The notes beneath the pieces are model-generated. The model was not told the DNA's origin, did not search any database, and saw nothing but the letters and a program-made list of their open reading frames with translations. A program made the translations under genes and the position numbers. From Phoronis australis (Eukaryota; Animalia; Phoronida): a stretch of 63,647 nt of DNA. The stretch is taken from the NCBI GenBank assembly GCA_002633005.1, contig NMRA01000282.1:458101-521747 (forward strand). The letters run 5' to 3'. Positions 27,201 through 39,782 of this stretch are shown here, piece after piece (the stretch's first letter is position 1; every line of letters begins with the position of its first letter).

Positions 27201-30200
27201 AAAAACTACATTCACCATTTGCAACTTCCGATTCTTTCTCAGACATCTCCACCTTAGCCTTGTCATATTTTTCTGACGTATCTCGCTTGTCCTCGACTAT
27301 CTCGTAAAATGACCCCAATGTCTCGATGAAATCAGCTACTTCATCTGTTTGAGGCATCGTCTCAATGATCTGAAATAGCAATGGAAGCGCTGGCATTCAC
27401 TTCTGTTGTGAAATATCACGAGTGCTGGCTTCCAGGAGCATTAAACTGTGATAAGCATAGAACAGCATTGTTTGTTTCCGGGTGTTGTAGTACTTAGTTT
27501 AAAACCAGAGGCCCATTTCACGAAAGGGTGTCAAACTTGACACGGGTTAAGAGGACCGTAACTTCTATTTTAACCCTCATCCAGCTGAGCCTCTATTCAG
27601 ACTACTTTCCCTGTGTGCTCAGCTAAGTAGGTCACCACTACCGCTATACACTGGGTGTTACGAATATCATTTAGATTAATGACCTAGCAGTTTTAACATG
27701 AAAATGAAAATTTGAAGGGGAAATGTTAGGTTTCACAGAAAAGGAGTCAACATGAAAGTTCTTCAGAATTTAATGGAGATTTTCAACATAATATGTAAAT
27801 CTTCATCATAGCCTTAATGAAAGTAAACTGTTCCACAGTCATCCTCTCACGTCTGGCTCCAGCCATGATGAAACTGCGTCTAAACTTACATAAAACTGAC
27901 AATATCTAACAAAAACTAGTAATCAAAACCATGTGGTTTAAATCAGAGAAATGTAGAGGAAACAGTGTGATCTATGCAATGCGCATATTCACACATCTAA
28001 ACAACATAGGGGGCTCTCACATTTCTGAATGAAAACCACAAGTGTCCTGGGGTGAGTCTACTCACCTAGTGCTTGACACCTGCAGCTTATCATAGTGCAT
28101 TAAGAACACCCATCACCCTGTATCAATAGGATAACTGGCAAGTCGACTGACCTCGCCTAGCACAGGATAAGGGTTAAAATGGACATAGTACAATAGCGTG
28201 GCTCTTGAAATCGAGCCTTAAGCACAAATATGAACAGCTATGAGCTTAACCTCAGATGCAGCATTTTGGTCTCAGTGTTGCATTTACAACAATGAGCTCA
28301 CGTCTGTTTTAGTTACAACCAGGGCCCGGTCTCTAATCTTTGTACTCGAAACGAACTCGAAACTATTTTTGGCAATTTCTCTGCTCCTTTTGTGCGAACT
28401 TAAGATAATTGGTTATCAGACTGTGCTCGAATACATTATAGTTTATGCATAGGAGTTTCTAGTTCAAGTTTGCCCTTAAAGACCCTTACATTTGTGCTAC
28501 AAACTCGAGTAAAAACTCGAAATTTCGTGTTCAAACTCGAACTTATTGCTTTAATATTGGCTTTACAAACTGTGAACTAAGGGCAAAAGTACGTAAGTTA
28601 TTGTGTACTCGAGCATAGAATAATAGACACTTATCTTGAGTTCGCCAAAAAGTAGAGTAGAAAATGCTTTAAGACAACTTGGTTCTTTCATTAAAAGGTA
28701 AATCCGAATTATGCGTCACCGTGGCCAATAACCTCTGCATTTCTTGCAAGAACATTTTAACTATACCAGTAATTACAAATTTCTACGAAAACGCAACTTT
28801 TACGTAGATGTTTTCTAATAATCATTTCAACAAGTTCCATTTATTAGGAACGGAGGAGACAGAGTCATGAACCATGACGTAGGTCAGTACTCTCTTTCTG
28901 ATATTTAAGACATTGTATTACAAGACCACAGGTGGAAACTTCATCAGTCCACATAACCATAAGTCTGACTGCAGCCAACACAACATGGCGGACACGTGAA
29001 ATTTCATTTTGTCCAATTTCTCAACAAAATTTAACTTTTGGGAAAATTTACTTTGATTCCTTTCAGCACAGCTTGTATGGCCTAGCTATTACCAAGCAAG
29101 ATTTGGTAAAAATTTGAGTATTTGCAATAATGTGGTCAGCCATAGAAAAATAGAAATATCATGGCAATTTTAGCTATAAGTTTTTACCAAATTGAAGACT
29201 TTTTACCATCATACTCGATAGTGTCAAACGAAGGAACTTCCAATGAATGCACACAGCACTTTTAGCTGGTATTGCGATGGTGTCCCATTAACATCCATGC
29301 CAAAGGTTGTAGGTAAACACAGACGTCATTGTGAATGCAAAATAATGAATAAAGATGAAAACAAATATCTAGTGTTCTACCTTTTCTGAATCAAGACAAT
29401 ATTTTACAATACTTAAACATTCAATTATGGTGATCCAAATTCTGATGAGTAATTTGTTGCCATGGAAATGAATTACTTTCACCCTTACCTGTTTCAGTTC
29501 CTCCACATACTTTATCATGGCTTCCTCACAGGGCATGTTGCCTAAACCATTCCAGGCATCCCTAAAATGAGGCAACTTTTTACTTTTAGGGTACAAGTTA
29601 CACCACAACTTCTCATGGTCATAAAACATAGAACTTTTTAAATGAGTGTTATGGAACACGCAGTTGTTTCAAAAACAATTAACAAACAATGTGAGGAGCA
29701 AACTATGATACACTAATACGATAAAATATCATCAATTTCGGACAAAAATAACGGCCAAAATTGGTCATGTTTCAGTTTTCAAAAGATTTGTTTTAAAACT
29801 CCACAATTTCTCATAATACATTGTTTGAAGGTTTGAGGTAAGGCATGGACCTTTAAAACCATATGGCATTTATTTGGTGTAAGTTCTTTTTGGCAAACAA
29901 ATGGAAACATAAATTTCACATTGTGCCCTAAGTTAAAGACTTTGTTGTACTTTTGAATATAACAAGTTTGTGGCCAACGTTTTGTTATAACTGGTACTAA
30001 AATGTGGCCTACGCTTTGTTATAACAGGTACTAACATGAGGCCTACGTTTTGTTACAACTGGTACTAACATGTGGCCTACATTTTGTTATAATTGGTACT
30101 ATCATGTGGCCTATATTTTGTTATAACTGGTACTAACATCTGGCCTACATTTTCTAACATCTATGTTCACGAAAACAACCTAAATAGAAACTGCTTTGGT

Positions 30201-33200
30201 TGTGCTTGATGACCCCAATCGCTACTCCCTCTTGAGTGGAGCAATTGAGAAAATATGATAAGAACAATTTTGAAAGAACTTTCTTTGCTTTATAGCTATT
30301 TTGAAAAATGAAAGCGCCTCTTTCTCGTTCCTGCGAAGCATTTGAGAAAGAGAAAGCATTGGAGATAAAGTTAGACTCTGTAGCCAGTTGTTAATCAGTA
30401 GCAAGAAATTTGCCATCCGTTCATGAAATCACTTGCTTAATACTTTCGTGTAAACAGATGGTCTATGCTATTCATATAAAACATTTCATTACTATCTTTG
30501 GATCGAAGCTTTGTTAACATGTTGTCAATCTTTTATAGATAGTCCGTAGTCATCACTTGTTGCCGAACACAAATGAAAAATGAAGGAGTTACGGGAAATG
30601 TCACAAGCCTTAGGTATCTAGCTACAAATGATTATTGCACCGTATGATGTCATACATGTGTACTAAAGAACACGCTGATGCATCATGCATGGGCAAATTG
30701 TGAAATTGTTTGCCCTTGTTGAGTGATCAATTTTTGCAGATGCCGATAAGATGTCCTCAGGCTCTATGCCAACCTGAAATCCTCATGTACTTCTATTGTC
30801 TCCTTTACAAGCTTTATCACAGGCCATCCCATGTAGTATATCTTCTTCACAGACCCTGAGCCATTTGGAACATCCTGTAGCTTCAAATTATTCTTCGGGG
30901 GTGTTTCATATCTGCGCATGTGCAAACTTCTAATGTAGAAGTAAAATGTTTGATCAAGAGATGCTTAAAAACATGAGTTCAGCACATTTCTGAGAAGTCA
31001 CACGCGATGTCATTCTCATTCCTCATTCTGCTTCCTGATGTAACATTGACTCTTTAATGGCCTTCTGCATCTTGAGATTAACATGATTTGCTGTTATGGT
31101 TGAGGTCTGCACATGCTAAGATATAAAACACATCAAAGGGATAATTTAAGGTAACGAAAATACCACTCATGTAAAAGTGCAACAATTCCTAACACCAATG
31201 CAGAGAACAGCACGTAAACAACATTCTGAAAGTTTCATAGAAATCCAATCGGCTGTTTCTGAGATGTGATGCTCCAAATATGGCCAAATTCTGAAATTTT
31301 TCTAGAGTCCTGCATAACCTTAAGATGAACAGGGATATTCAACGTATACCATTTTGCCTTCTTCACCACCTCCCAGAAACTTGGTTTAGACTGTTTGCAT
31401 GGCCCAAGTGTAGCTTGTTTGTAATATGCATAGAACCGCAACATCAGTTCATGAGATGGCTGAAACGAGCCTGTAACAGATTATATTTTTAATTTCAATA
31501 TATCCACAGGGGTCTGTTTCATGAAAATGACTCAAGACTTAAAGACAGAAATTTGGTCTTACGCTACCACTTTACAATTGTTGAAAAAAGGTTGAGCCAA
31601 GTAAACTCATCACAGTCTAGAAATAATTCATAGAAATTAACTCAGTACCTAGCAGTTATGTGTATATTGTCAGATGCTTTGCAATTTTTGTTCAAGTGAC
31701 ATTTAATTAGATTTAATAATTTGCCAGAAGTAGCTGTGTGGAGCGCAAGATCAAATTTCTGTCTTAAGACATTTTTAATATGTCACTTCTCATGAAGCAG
31801 ACTTCAGGTTACGCCAACTGAACATTGACAACAGTTCGATAATGAACAAATAGTGACAAAATGAAAACCATTAATAATCCCTCATACTCTACCATTACTC
31901 CAGCCAGTAGAATAATTTGCAGCTAGCCTTCCCATCATGCATGATTTCGGACACCTTTTATTACAACTGAAAAGTGAAGATACCTTAGTCTGGGCGAAAT
32001 AAGGAAACACCCAAAGCAAATTGTAATAATAATAAAATACACGCTAAATGAAAGATGGTGAGCTGCTCAACAACGTATCAAAAGTCCAAGGAAATCTTAA
32101 CACCTTTTTAGAGGAGACGAGCAATGTGGCCTCACATATGCCCAGATGCTGGACACTATCTGTGGATCTGGAAACTCAATCTATGAATGTGGTATTTCTC
32201 AAATGCCCACGTAGGAAGAAGTGCATCTGGTTGAACTGGCACTGAGCTTGAAGCACTGCTTTCATACTGAATGTCGCACTCTTGAGAACATTGATACAAT
32301 AGTGAAGGTTGCTAATGTACAAACAGACCAGGACTGTTTCACCTGTAGAGATGATGTCGTCTTTAAAGACTCCATGTGCCGTCAAAATCTTTGTCTGACC
32401 TTTTAACGGACGGATACATTTGATCAATGAGATTGACAGTTTCTTGAACAAACAGTAAACACTACATGTTGTATCATACTTAAGAATAGCAGCATTCCGC
32501 GCGTGGTTCTCCTTCGCCAAAGCTCTTAAACATCTGATCAGCATGTCTACGGCAAAGTTTAGCTCAAGGTTGGACTTCCACTATATACAACAGCAGTCCG
32601 GTTATTTCTCGCATAGTTCCCAGTATCCATTTATGATCCTTACTCCGATAATCCCCGACTGTCACGTTTTTCCCCGTGTATGGGTGGGCGCAGGTTGTTA
32701 CAGACTGGTGCTAATAGCTTTCGGTGCGACGATAGACTGAAGACTGGTTCGAGTTAATCCTTTATTAATCTTGACCGTACGTTCACAAGCCTACATAAAC
32801 AAAACATCCGACGTAATGTCTGTTCTATGCTCCAGCCAGTGCTGCGAAGCCTTGACTTGTGATGAACTTCAGAGACAGCTTCAGCAGCCGTTACACTCAC
32901 TGATTCAATTAACCTGCTGTCTTTGTAGCTGGCTCTCTATTGATGTTCGCAGTAAGTGGTGATTCTCTTCACTGCAACTCTTTAACTGCCTAACTGCTTT
33001 ACTTCCGATTAACTGACTAATACAAACCCGTGCTTGTGTATTTACAGCCTAATGCATTGTTCTAGAACTTTTCACCGGTTCAAGTACATTCTAGACCTTT
33101 CCGGAATCTACCCAATCATTCTACAAACATGTACCATTCTCTAGAATATTCCAGACTGCATTAATCACTGTCATGCTAGAGTCTTATCGAAAGTTCCACA

Positions 33201-36200
33201 CTATACTGAGAAGTAAACAAATTACATCATCACTGTACTTAACTCAGGGGTCGTGCCAATCAAACAGAACAACAAAACAAAAAAACAAAACAAAACAATA
33301 TGACTAAAAACATTGACAGTAAATTCTGACACTGACCTTGACATTATCGCCATTTCCAAACGTGCGCACTTTACTGTTAATTGATGAGCACATAATTTCC
33401 TGTTTATAGTCAACTGTCTGCTGCAGGTTGGGTTTAATTAAGTCCAGTCTCGTACTTAATTGTTTCCCAGTGAACAGCATCGCTGGCGATTTACCCGTTG
33501 TCAATTGCGGAGCATTTCTGTACGCCAGTAGGAACTTAGCCAATTTCGCGCGTATTGAACTGGTGTCGCTGCGAGCCGCTTTCAACGCCAGTTAAAAACT
33601 TTGGACAAAAAGTTCCGCTTGTCCATTCGCCCGTGGATGGTACGGGGCGGATGTCGTATGCTTAATGCCCTTCGCGACGATAAAGTCCCGAAACTCCTCA
33701 GAAACAAACTGTGGCCCATTGTCGCTAACTATCCTCTCCGGGATACCATGTCTGCTAAACAAAGTGGGCAATTCCTCGACAGTCACTGCCACAGTGGTGG
33801 TTTTCAACGGAATGACCTCGGACCACTTTGAAAAGGCATCCACCACAATTAAAAACATCCAATTCATAAACGGACATGCACAATCCACCTGGATCTGTTG
33901 CCATTGGCAACACTTGCTCCGAACTCATAACAGTCTTCACCATGACGAATGAATTCTGACAATCTCTCGACTCCGCCCACTTCACATCTTTTAGAAGCAA
34001 ATTGTGAAGGGGTTTTAGCAACATGGCGAGATTCGGAATAAATTTCCTGTAGCAGTTCACCAGTCCCAAAAACAAACATAGTTCCTTCACATTCTTTGGT
34101 TTAGGGCAGTCCTTTACCGCTTCCACTTTTTCTTCCGTTTTGTGCAACCCCTCAGCGTTAGTGATGTGTTCGCAATATTCAACTTGAGTTTTGAAGATGT
34201 TGCGCAACCGTGTAAGCACACTTCATAAATTCCTCAAATGTTCTTCATTTGACCTTCCCGTGATTATCATGTCATCCAGCATACACTGCACCCCAGGTAT
34301 TCCTTGCAATACCTGTTCGATTATTCGCTGCCAAATCGATGGCGCAGAGGCGATCACAAATGCTTGATGCTTGTACTGCATTAATCCATTCTGGGTATTA
34401 ATGGTCTAGGTTGATGCTTGATGCTTGTACTGCATTAATCCATTCTAGGTATTAATGGTCTAGGTTGATGCTTGATGCTTGTACTGCATTAATCCATTCT
34501 GGGTATTAATGGTCTAGGTTGATGCTTGATGCTTGTACTGCATTAATCCATTCTGGGTATTAATGGTCTAGGTTGATGTTTGACGCTTGTACTGCACCAT
34601 TAATCCATTCTGGGTATTAATGGTCTAGGTTGATGCTTGATGCTTGTACTGCATTAATCCATTCTAGGTATTAATGGTCTAGGTTGATGCTTGATGCTTG
34701 TACAGCATTAATCCATTCTGGGTATTAATGGTCTAGGTTGATGTTCCTCCTCTACTTCCAACTGCAAACATGCATTTTTCAAATCCAATTTGGTGAATCG
34801 CTGTCCAGCAGACAAATTCATGAATATGTCCTCCATGCGTGGTAAAGGGTAATGGTCAATTTCCAACACTGGATTTACGGTGACCTTGAAATCACTACAT
34901 ATCCACACATTGCCATTCGGTTTTGGGACCGTCACGATAGGCGTTTGCCAATTACTATGATTGACAGATTCCAGGATTCCACGCTCAACCAAGCTATCAA
35001 GTTCCTTGTTTACTGCATTCCTCAGTGAATACAAAACTTGATGCGCTTTATAAAACTTGGGTGTGCTTCCAGGTTTTAACTGGATTTGCGCCTTAATCCC
35101 CTTTACCGTACCAAGTTTGTCTTTGAAAACATCCTTGAATTCGTCGAACAATTTTTGAAATTCTCTCTCCTTGGGTGGTGCCTTTTCCACCTTGTTTATG
35201 CCAGATTGCTGAAATATGTTTTCCCAGCTGGGAAATATCGCATTCAGCCACTCGCGTCCAAGCAACGGCGGACCTTCCTTGTTTACAACGTACAAGGGGA
35301 GGGTGTTCTCCGTTCCGCCCATAATCAGTGTAACCAGTTTTCTTCCCACGGGTTCCAGCTGTACGCCCGAATAAGTGAACATTCTTGCTTCGCAGGTGTC
35401 TAATTTGACATATATAAGGCCAATATTTCTCAAAGTCACTTTTTGAGACAACGCCTAGTGCCGACCCACTGTCTACCTCCATGCGCGGCTCCACTCGGTC
35501 AACCATTAAGTTGGCCCACACAGGAATGTTAGTACCAAGACCATGGACATAGATGGATGCAGATGATGATTGCTGTTTGTCTTTCTGCATCTTTTCTTAA
35601 TGTGTCCCACCTGCTGGCATCCGTGGCATTTGGCATTCTTGAAATGACAGGCATCAGGAGTATGATTAGATTTTCCACATCGGAAGCTGAAGCATTTAAC
35701 ATTCGTAGCAATAGCAGCATTGGATGTTTTATGGTCTGATTTATGTGCTGTCACGTTCACCTTGTGAATTTCGTGTTTGGTTTGCAATTCTGTTGCATCG
35801 CCTGACGCCGCCTCCATGGCGCTGGCTATTTTTAACACCTTCTCAAGGGTAGGGTTGGCTTCAGCCAACAGGTATATCTGTATGTGTTCGTTTTTAGTCC
35901 ACACACAAAGTGATCCCTGTGTCATGCAATACATCACCAAATTCACAGTGTTCACTTAATTTCTTTAACTGTACAAGGAACTATGATACACTTTCGTCGG
36001 TCCATTGATCCCACTTGTGGAACCGAAAGCATTCAGTTATTATGCTGGGTTTTGGTGTTACATGGTCCCTTAATTTTTATCAGAACATCCAAGTCCTTCG
36101 TTGCCGGCTTATCAGGGGCTTACAAATCCCGCAGTAAATTGTATGTGCTTCCCCCAATCAGGCTAAGAAAAGCTGGTACCTGTTTTTCTTGTGCCACGTC

Positions 36201-36904
36201 GTTAGCCAAGAAATACTGTTCCATTCTCTCACAATATGAGTCCCAAGTGTTCGTAGACTCATCAAAAGGCTCGATTTGGCCAATCCTCATCATAATTTAT
36301 GTTGTGTATCGGGAGAGATGAATAACAAGTCTACACTGCCAAATTGCACCTCCCTCTTGACAAAGATGCTCTACAATTAGATTTTTTTAGACTTTTGATG
36401 TGTTGTAGAGCAGCTCAAGAGCTTTTACTCGGTACGCAATTTTTATTACTGCAATTTGTTTTGGGGTACCTCGCATTTGACTTGAGCATAGTTAGAGTGA
36501 ACTTTGGACTTGGCTGGGAATCGGTTCTCATAACTAATTATGCGGGCTTGAACTGCACCAATGGATTAACAGTAATCTCATTTCCTTGGGTTCGCTTTAT
36601 GCTCAAAATAAATTGACTGCACAGTAGTAAAGTAAAGAAACAAACCATAGTTGTGAACGGCACAAATTGCAAAAACAATCAACAGAGAGAGTCAGCGTGC
36701 GTCACACTGTCACTGCAAAATTGTCGAGTTGGGCTGCAGGTTAGAGAATGAAACCTGTTTAGCTATTAAATCTAATTGAGCGATTCTTAATAACCGACGT
36801 AAACACCGTCCATGCCAACCATTCCATACTTTCTTACCGTTTTTAGGTAAACCTTGAATTACACCGACAGCAGCATCGAATTTTTGTTTTGGTGTGGACG
36901 CCAT
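18219..36904 (-). CDS. ACBD5: Acyl-CoA-binding domain-containing protein 5/4 orthologue (peroxisomal tail-anchored protein), 12 coding exons, about 509 aa
   Basis: Exons 36904-36838, 31470-31350, 29561-29489, 27369-27216, 25850-25722, 25009-24953, 24423-24311, 22749-22329, 21714-21497, 20516-20466, 19202-19093, 18234-18219 join in frame (1530 nt); ACBP motifs FxAAVxVIQxLPKNG, YxYYKQATxGPC, KWDAW; FFAT-like SESDESEEFCDT; coiled coil QIMVALLKLQQDMDNVLTRLDTLE; WWPF...WPFIA anchor. Middle exons are less certain. Confidence 0.9.
19093..19202 (-). CDS. ACBD5: ACBD5 transmembrane exon (TTWWPFQNISPTTVLALTVWPFIAHWL...)
   Basis: WWPF / WPFIA hallmark; AG|GTAAGC donor. Confidence 0.9.
20466..20516 (-). 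CDS. ACBD5: ACBD5 exon (TRDGQGSQRIQQRPEEQ)
   Basis: TTGCAG acceptor, CAG|GTGAGT donor, phase 0-0. Confidence 0.7.
21497..21714 (-). CDS. ACBD5: ACBD5 coiled-coil exon
   Basis: QIMVALLKLQQDMDNVLTRLDTLETLT. Confidence 0.9.
22329..22749 (-). CDS. ACBD5: ACBD5 exon (VPRLVP...RGGGE...NRQ)
   Basis: 421-nt open exon with canonical sites; GGGE motif. Confidence 0.8.
23400..24075 (-). mobile_element. Degenerate DNA transposon relic with a THAP-like start (MYYCCAVGCNS) and a CTSxxCxW-like motif (ISL2EU/Harbinger-like)
   Basis: ORF 23648..24073 fragments; intronic; no intact frame. Confidence 0.3.
24311..24423 (-). CDS. ACBD5: ACBD5 FFAT-like exon (...SESDESEEFCDTTEPDDQQ)
   Basis: Corresponds to vertebrate SDSDSEVYCDS; canonical sites. 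Confidence 0.8.
24953..25009 (-). CDS. ACBD5: ACBD5 linker exon (ESYPEEVIATEEDSQLNST)
   Basis: Phase 1-1 open exon, canonical sites. Confidence 0.6.
25722..25850 (-). CDS. ACBD5: ACBD5 linker exon (DAYLDQSE...ELNA)
   Basis: Phase 1-1 open exon, canonical sites, acidic linker composition. Confidence 0.6.
26660..27095. mobile_element. MITE with ~28-bp TIRs and internal CCCACACACCCCTCGAC-like repeats
   Basis: GGATTGTTCTAAAACCCCCCTCAACCC ... GAGGGTCAAGGGGGTTTTAGAACATTCC. Confidence 0.6.
27216..27369 (-). CDS. ACBD5: ACBD5 exon 4 (IIETMPQT...GSFYEIVEDK...)
   Basis: Matches the ACBD5 IIETMP..FYEIVEDK segment. Confidence 0.85.
28322..28690. mobile_element. Harbinger-like MITE family copy (same family as 41707-42092)
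   Basis: GGGCCCGGTCTCTAATCTTTGTACTCGAAACGAAC end; matches the reverse complement of 41780-42092; right end decayed. Confidence 0.6.
29489..29561 (-). CDS. ACBD5: ACBD5 exon 3 (DAWNGLGNM...VEELKQ)
   Basis: ACBP motif; canonical splice sites. Confidence 0.92.
29969..30153. repeat. 34-bp minisatellite (TGTGGCCTACGTTTTGTTATAACTGGTACTAACA), about 5.5 copies
   Basis: Direct inspection. Confidence 0.85.
31350..31470 (-). CDS. ACBD5: ACBD5 exon 2 (GSFQPSHELMLRFYAYYKQAT...KAKW)
   Basis: ACBP motif; canonical splice sites. Confidence 0.92.
31509..31806. mobile_element. MITE with imperfect TIRs
   Basis: GTCTGTTTCATGA..AAGACAGAAATTTGGTCTTACGCT at left; AGCGCAAGATCAAATTTCTGTCTT..TCATGAAGCAGAC at right. 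Confidence 0.5.
32150..32495 (-). pseudogene. Old relic of another Academ/XPG-type transposase C-terminus
   Basis: AILKYDTTCSVY...DIISTGETVLVCLY, then frameshifted VQPDALLPTWAFEKYHIHRLSFQ, resembling GCDTTS...GEKALVCLY...LPPTxxAxxYHSxRVxxQ. Confidence 0.5.
32660..33318 (-). mobile_element. LTR (659 bp; TGTCA...TGACA termini)
   Basis: 5-bp inverted termini; AATAAA on the minus strand near 32765; diverged homologue at 39124-39561. Confidence 0.65.
33319..36293 (-). mobile_element. Decayed Ty3/Gypsy (Mag-like, K02A2.6-like) internal region in ACBD5 intron 1: gag, protease, RT, integrase; frameshifted; RNase H and 5' LTR missing
   Basis: Gag MMRIGQIEPFDE..WDSYCERMEQYFLAND; tandem CCHC knuckles (about 35590-35690); protease MEVDSGSA; RT WQTPIVTVPK..DFKVTVN..YPLPR..FTKLDL and CMLDDMII; integrase VDAFSKW..IVSDNGPQF..YHPRANGQAE. 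Confidence 0.9.
34365..34743. repeat. 7 x 54-bp tandem array amplified from Gypsy RT coding sequence
   Basis: TTAATCCATT recurs at 34381, 34435, 34489, 34543, 34600, 34654, 34708. Confidence 0.9.
36838..36904 (-). CDS. ACBD5: ACBD5 exon 1 (MASTPKQKFDAAVGVIQGLPKN)
   Basis: CAACATGGCG start context; G|GTAAGA donor. Confidence 0.9.
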
Positions 36905-37800
36905 GTTGATAAAAGCGCTACCTGGTGCCTTCTGTGTGTACTAGTGTGTCCTGCTCAAGATCGGATATGCGTGAACTTGGAATATTGAATATTCATTTAG
37001 GCAACCAGATGAAAATTTTTGTTCAAGGTAAATAATTTTCGTAATTACTGGTCTCATAATCACCCATTTTCTCCTTTACCGTAACTTGTGTCAAAGAAAC
37101 GGAGGAATATGCATGCGCGCAACAAGGGGGGNGCCCCCCATTTGACGAAGTGGACAAAAAGGTCCGCCTCGGAGAAACAAAAAGTCCGAAAAAACGAGAC
37201 AAAAAGTCCACTAAACAGGCACAAACGCCCAATTCGCAGCTGGAGACGTGGTACCCCGTTCATTTTTAGTCCTTCGGCTGCTTTTGTCGGTAAAAGGACC
37301 ACATCGTCGGAAATTCGAGCCCCCCCCCCATATTAAAGGCTGGGTGCGTGCAGGATATGTGAATGGTTAAAATTGGTGAATAAAAGATCGACCGCAAAAA
37401 AGGTTGGTTAAAATTTAGGTTATTGTACTGACATGTAATTTTATTTAGTGCAGTGAACGTGATTATTTGAGTGAAGTAAACAAGTTTCCTCGTGTTGGCA
37501 AGATCACGCCTACGCGATCTTGTCCATTAATAAGGATTCCAAGTTCACGCACAGCATAAACACGTGTATCTCATGTGTAAGCCGGTGTACCGGCGTATAG
37601 GCATACATTGAAGTCCGCGTATCGTTTGGCTAAATTTCTCAGTTTTTCATTGAACAAGTTGCCTCAGCGCTCTCTCAATGTCGTTATGATTGTACTTGCA
37701 TCTTTTTGTATTTGTTGTTTACAAAACCTTCAAATATAAACCTTTAAATATTCTTTACCAATTACCTCAGCTCAAACAAAGCTGAAGGTCCAGATCTGTN

Positions 37801-38322
37801 TCGGCTGCTTTTGTCGGTAAAAGGACCACATCGTCGGAAATTCGAGCCCCCCCATATTAAAGGCTGGGTGCGCGCAGGATATGTGAATGGTTAAAATTGG
37901 TGAATAAAAGATCGACCGCAAAAAGGTTGGTTCAAATTTAGGTTATTATACTGACATGCAATTTTATTTAGTGCAGTGAACGTGATTATTTGAGTGAAGT
38001 AAACAAGTTTCCTCGTGTTGGCAAGATCACGCCTACTCGATCTTGTCCATTAATAAGGATTCCAAGTTCACGCACAGCATAAACACGTGTATCTCATGTG
38101 TAAGCCGGTGTACCGGCGTATAGGCATACATTGAAGTCCGCGTATCGTTTGGCTAAATTTCTCAGTTTTTCATTGAACAAGTTGCCTCAGCGCTCTCTCA
38201 ATGTCGTTATGATTGTACTTGCATGTTTTTATATTTGTTATTTACAAAACCTTCAAATATAAACTTTTAAATATTCTTTACCAATTACCTCAGCTCAAAC
38301 AAAGCTGAAGGTCCAGATCTGT
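37801..38322. repeat. Near-identical duplicate of 37274-37799 across N at 37800 (haplotype/contig overlap)
   Basis: Few SNPs and homopolymer differences; starts right after the gap. Confidence 0.85.
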
Positions 38323-39123
38323 CTCTTGAACATGAATCTAAATAAATTCCTGGTGTGACGGCAAAATATTTGTTGAGTGTGCTAGTGCTTGCTGAATCAA
38401 GTTCCGTTGGGTATTTAAGGAACCATGCGAACTTAACAGGTTATATTTCGCTTCTTTACCTTTACCCTACGACAATGACGATTCTACTTTAATTACTATT
38501 TCCAACAGGATGTTACATTTATTATTTTTTATTAATTTATTTTGGTAATTTATTCGTTGTTGTTTATCTTGTGTAATTCCTTTAAAGTGACATTATTTTG
38601 GCGAGAAAAAGAATTTTCTGACATGAGCCTCAGCGCAGAATGATACTCTCGTGTCCGACTAAACGCTCTCACTAACGGGTATTGACTGAGCTCAATCCCC
38701 CTCAGTCGTACATGTTCGCTATATTGCCGTTGGGGTGTATATATGTTATCCTCTGCTTATTTCATGCGTCACTTTTACTTTCGTGTTTGTACATTCATAT
38801 TATATCTGCCAAATAAATCTACCTACCTATCTATCTATTTATCTGTCTATTTATTTATAACTTTGTAGACTAACTAAATATGCATTTTCTGGGAAATGCG
38901 ACAATCCCAAAATTCAAAATTTTTATGCTGGCATAGAGATGTAGCGAGGTGCGTTTCAAAACCGAGAAGTAGTGAAGAAATCTTAAGGGGCAAAACGGTG
39001 TACTCTTGAGTAGTCTCTCAAAATCAAGGCGACTGTTGCCTTGAGCCTTTTATGACTTGGACTTGTCTAGTGCGCCCACGAAGGGCCCCGCCTTGCAGTT
39101 ACAGTTATATGCGTCAGGAGTGG

Positions 39124-39561
39124 ACTGACAATGTTTTAGCTTTATTATTTTGTTCTATTGTTCTGTTTGTGTTCTAGCACTAGCAGATGGATATTGTGGC
39201 ATGACCCCTAAGGTCAGGTCAGAGATGATGTTACTTTTTTACCAAAGAATAGTTTGGAATATTCTAGAAGAATCTAGCATGTAAGTGATTAATGTAATCT
39301 GGAACATTCTAGATCCTAGTATATGTTTGTAGAATGAGTGGGTAGATTCAGGAAAGCTCTAGAATGTGCTTGAATTGGTGAAAAGTTCTAGAATACTGCA
39401 TGAGGCTATATATACCCAAACACATGTTTGTGACAGTCAGTTAAAAGTTGGAAATCAGTTTGTTAGGCCTACAAGGGAGTTACAGTTGACTTGCACTGAA
39501 GAGAATCAGTAGTTACAGCGACTGCTACAAAGACAGCAGGTTATTGAATTAGCGAGTGTAA
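39124..39561 (+). mobile_element. Truncated solo LTR, diverged relative of the 32660-33318 LTR in the opposite orientation
   Basis: Shared blocks GGGTAGATTC.GGAAAG.TCTAGAATGT.CTTGAA..GGTGAAAAGTTCTAGAA and GCTACAAAGACAGCAGGTTA. Confidence 0.7.
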
Positions 39562-39782
39562 AAGTTTATTAAAACCTGACACTTGCAAAACAGCAATCTT
39601 TCAACCGGGTGAGTGGTTATCAGCACAATAAATAACTCCAAAATAGATGCTAGATTTATAGGAGCATTTTTCAAAGTCCTCGTTGATGAGGTACTCAGTT
39701 TTCCGTCCCGGGAATGTCGCACCAGAAAAGTTTTCAACAAATTTGTTTCAACCATGTTTTCTTGGAATTCCTTATTTGTAGC

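Noticed and set aside
30400-31110. Possible decayed transposase in ACBD5 intron 2
   Set aside because: No recognisable motif could be read in any frame
37274-38322. Apparent 0.5-kb tandem repeat upstream of ACBD5
   Set aside because: Flanks an N gap with few SNPs: haplotype overlap
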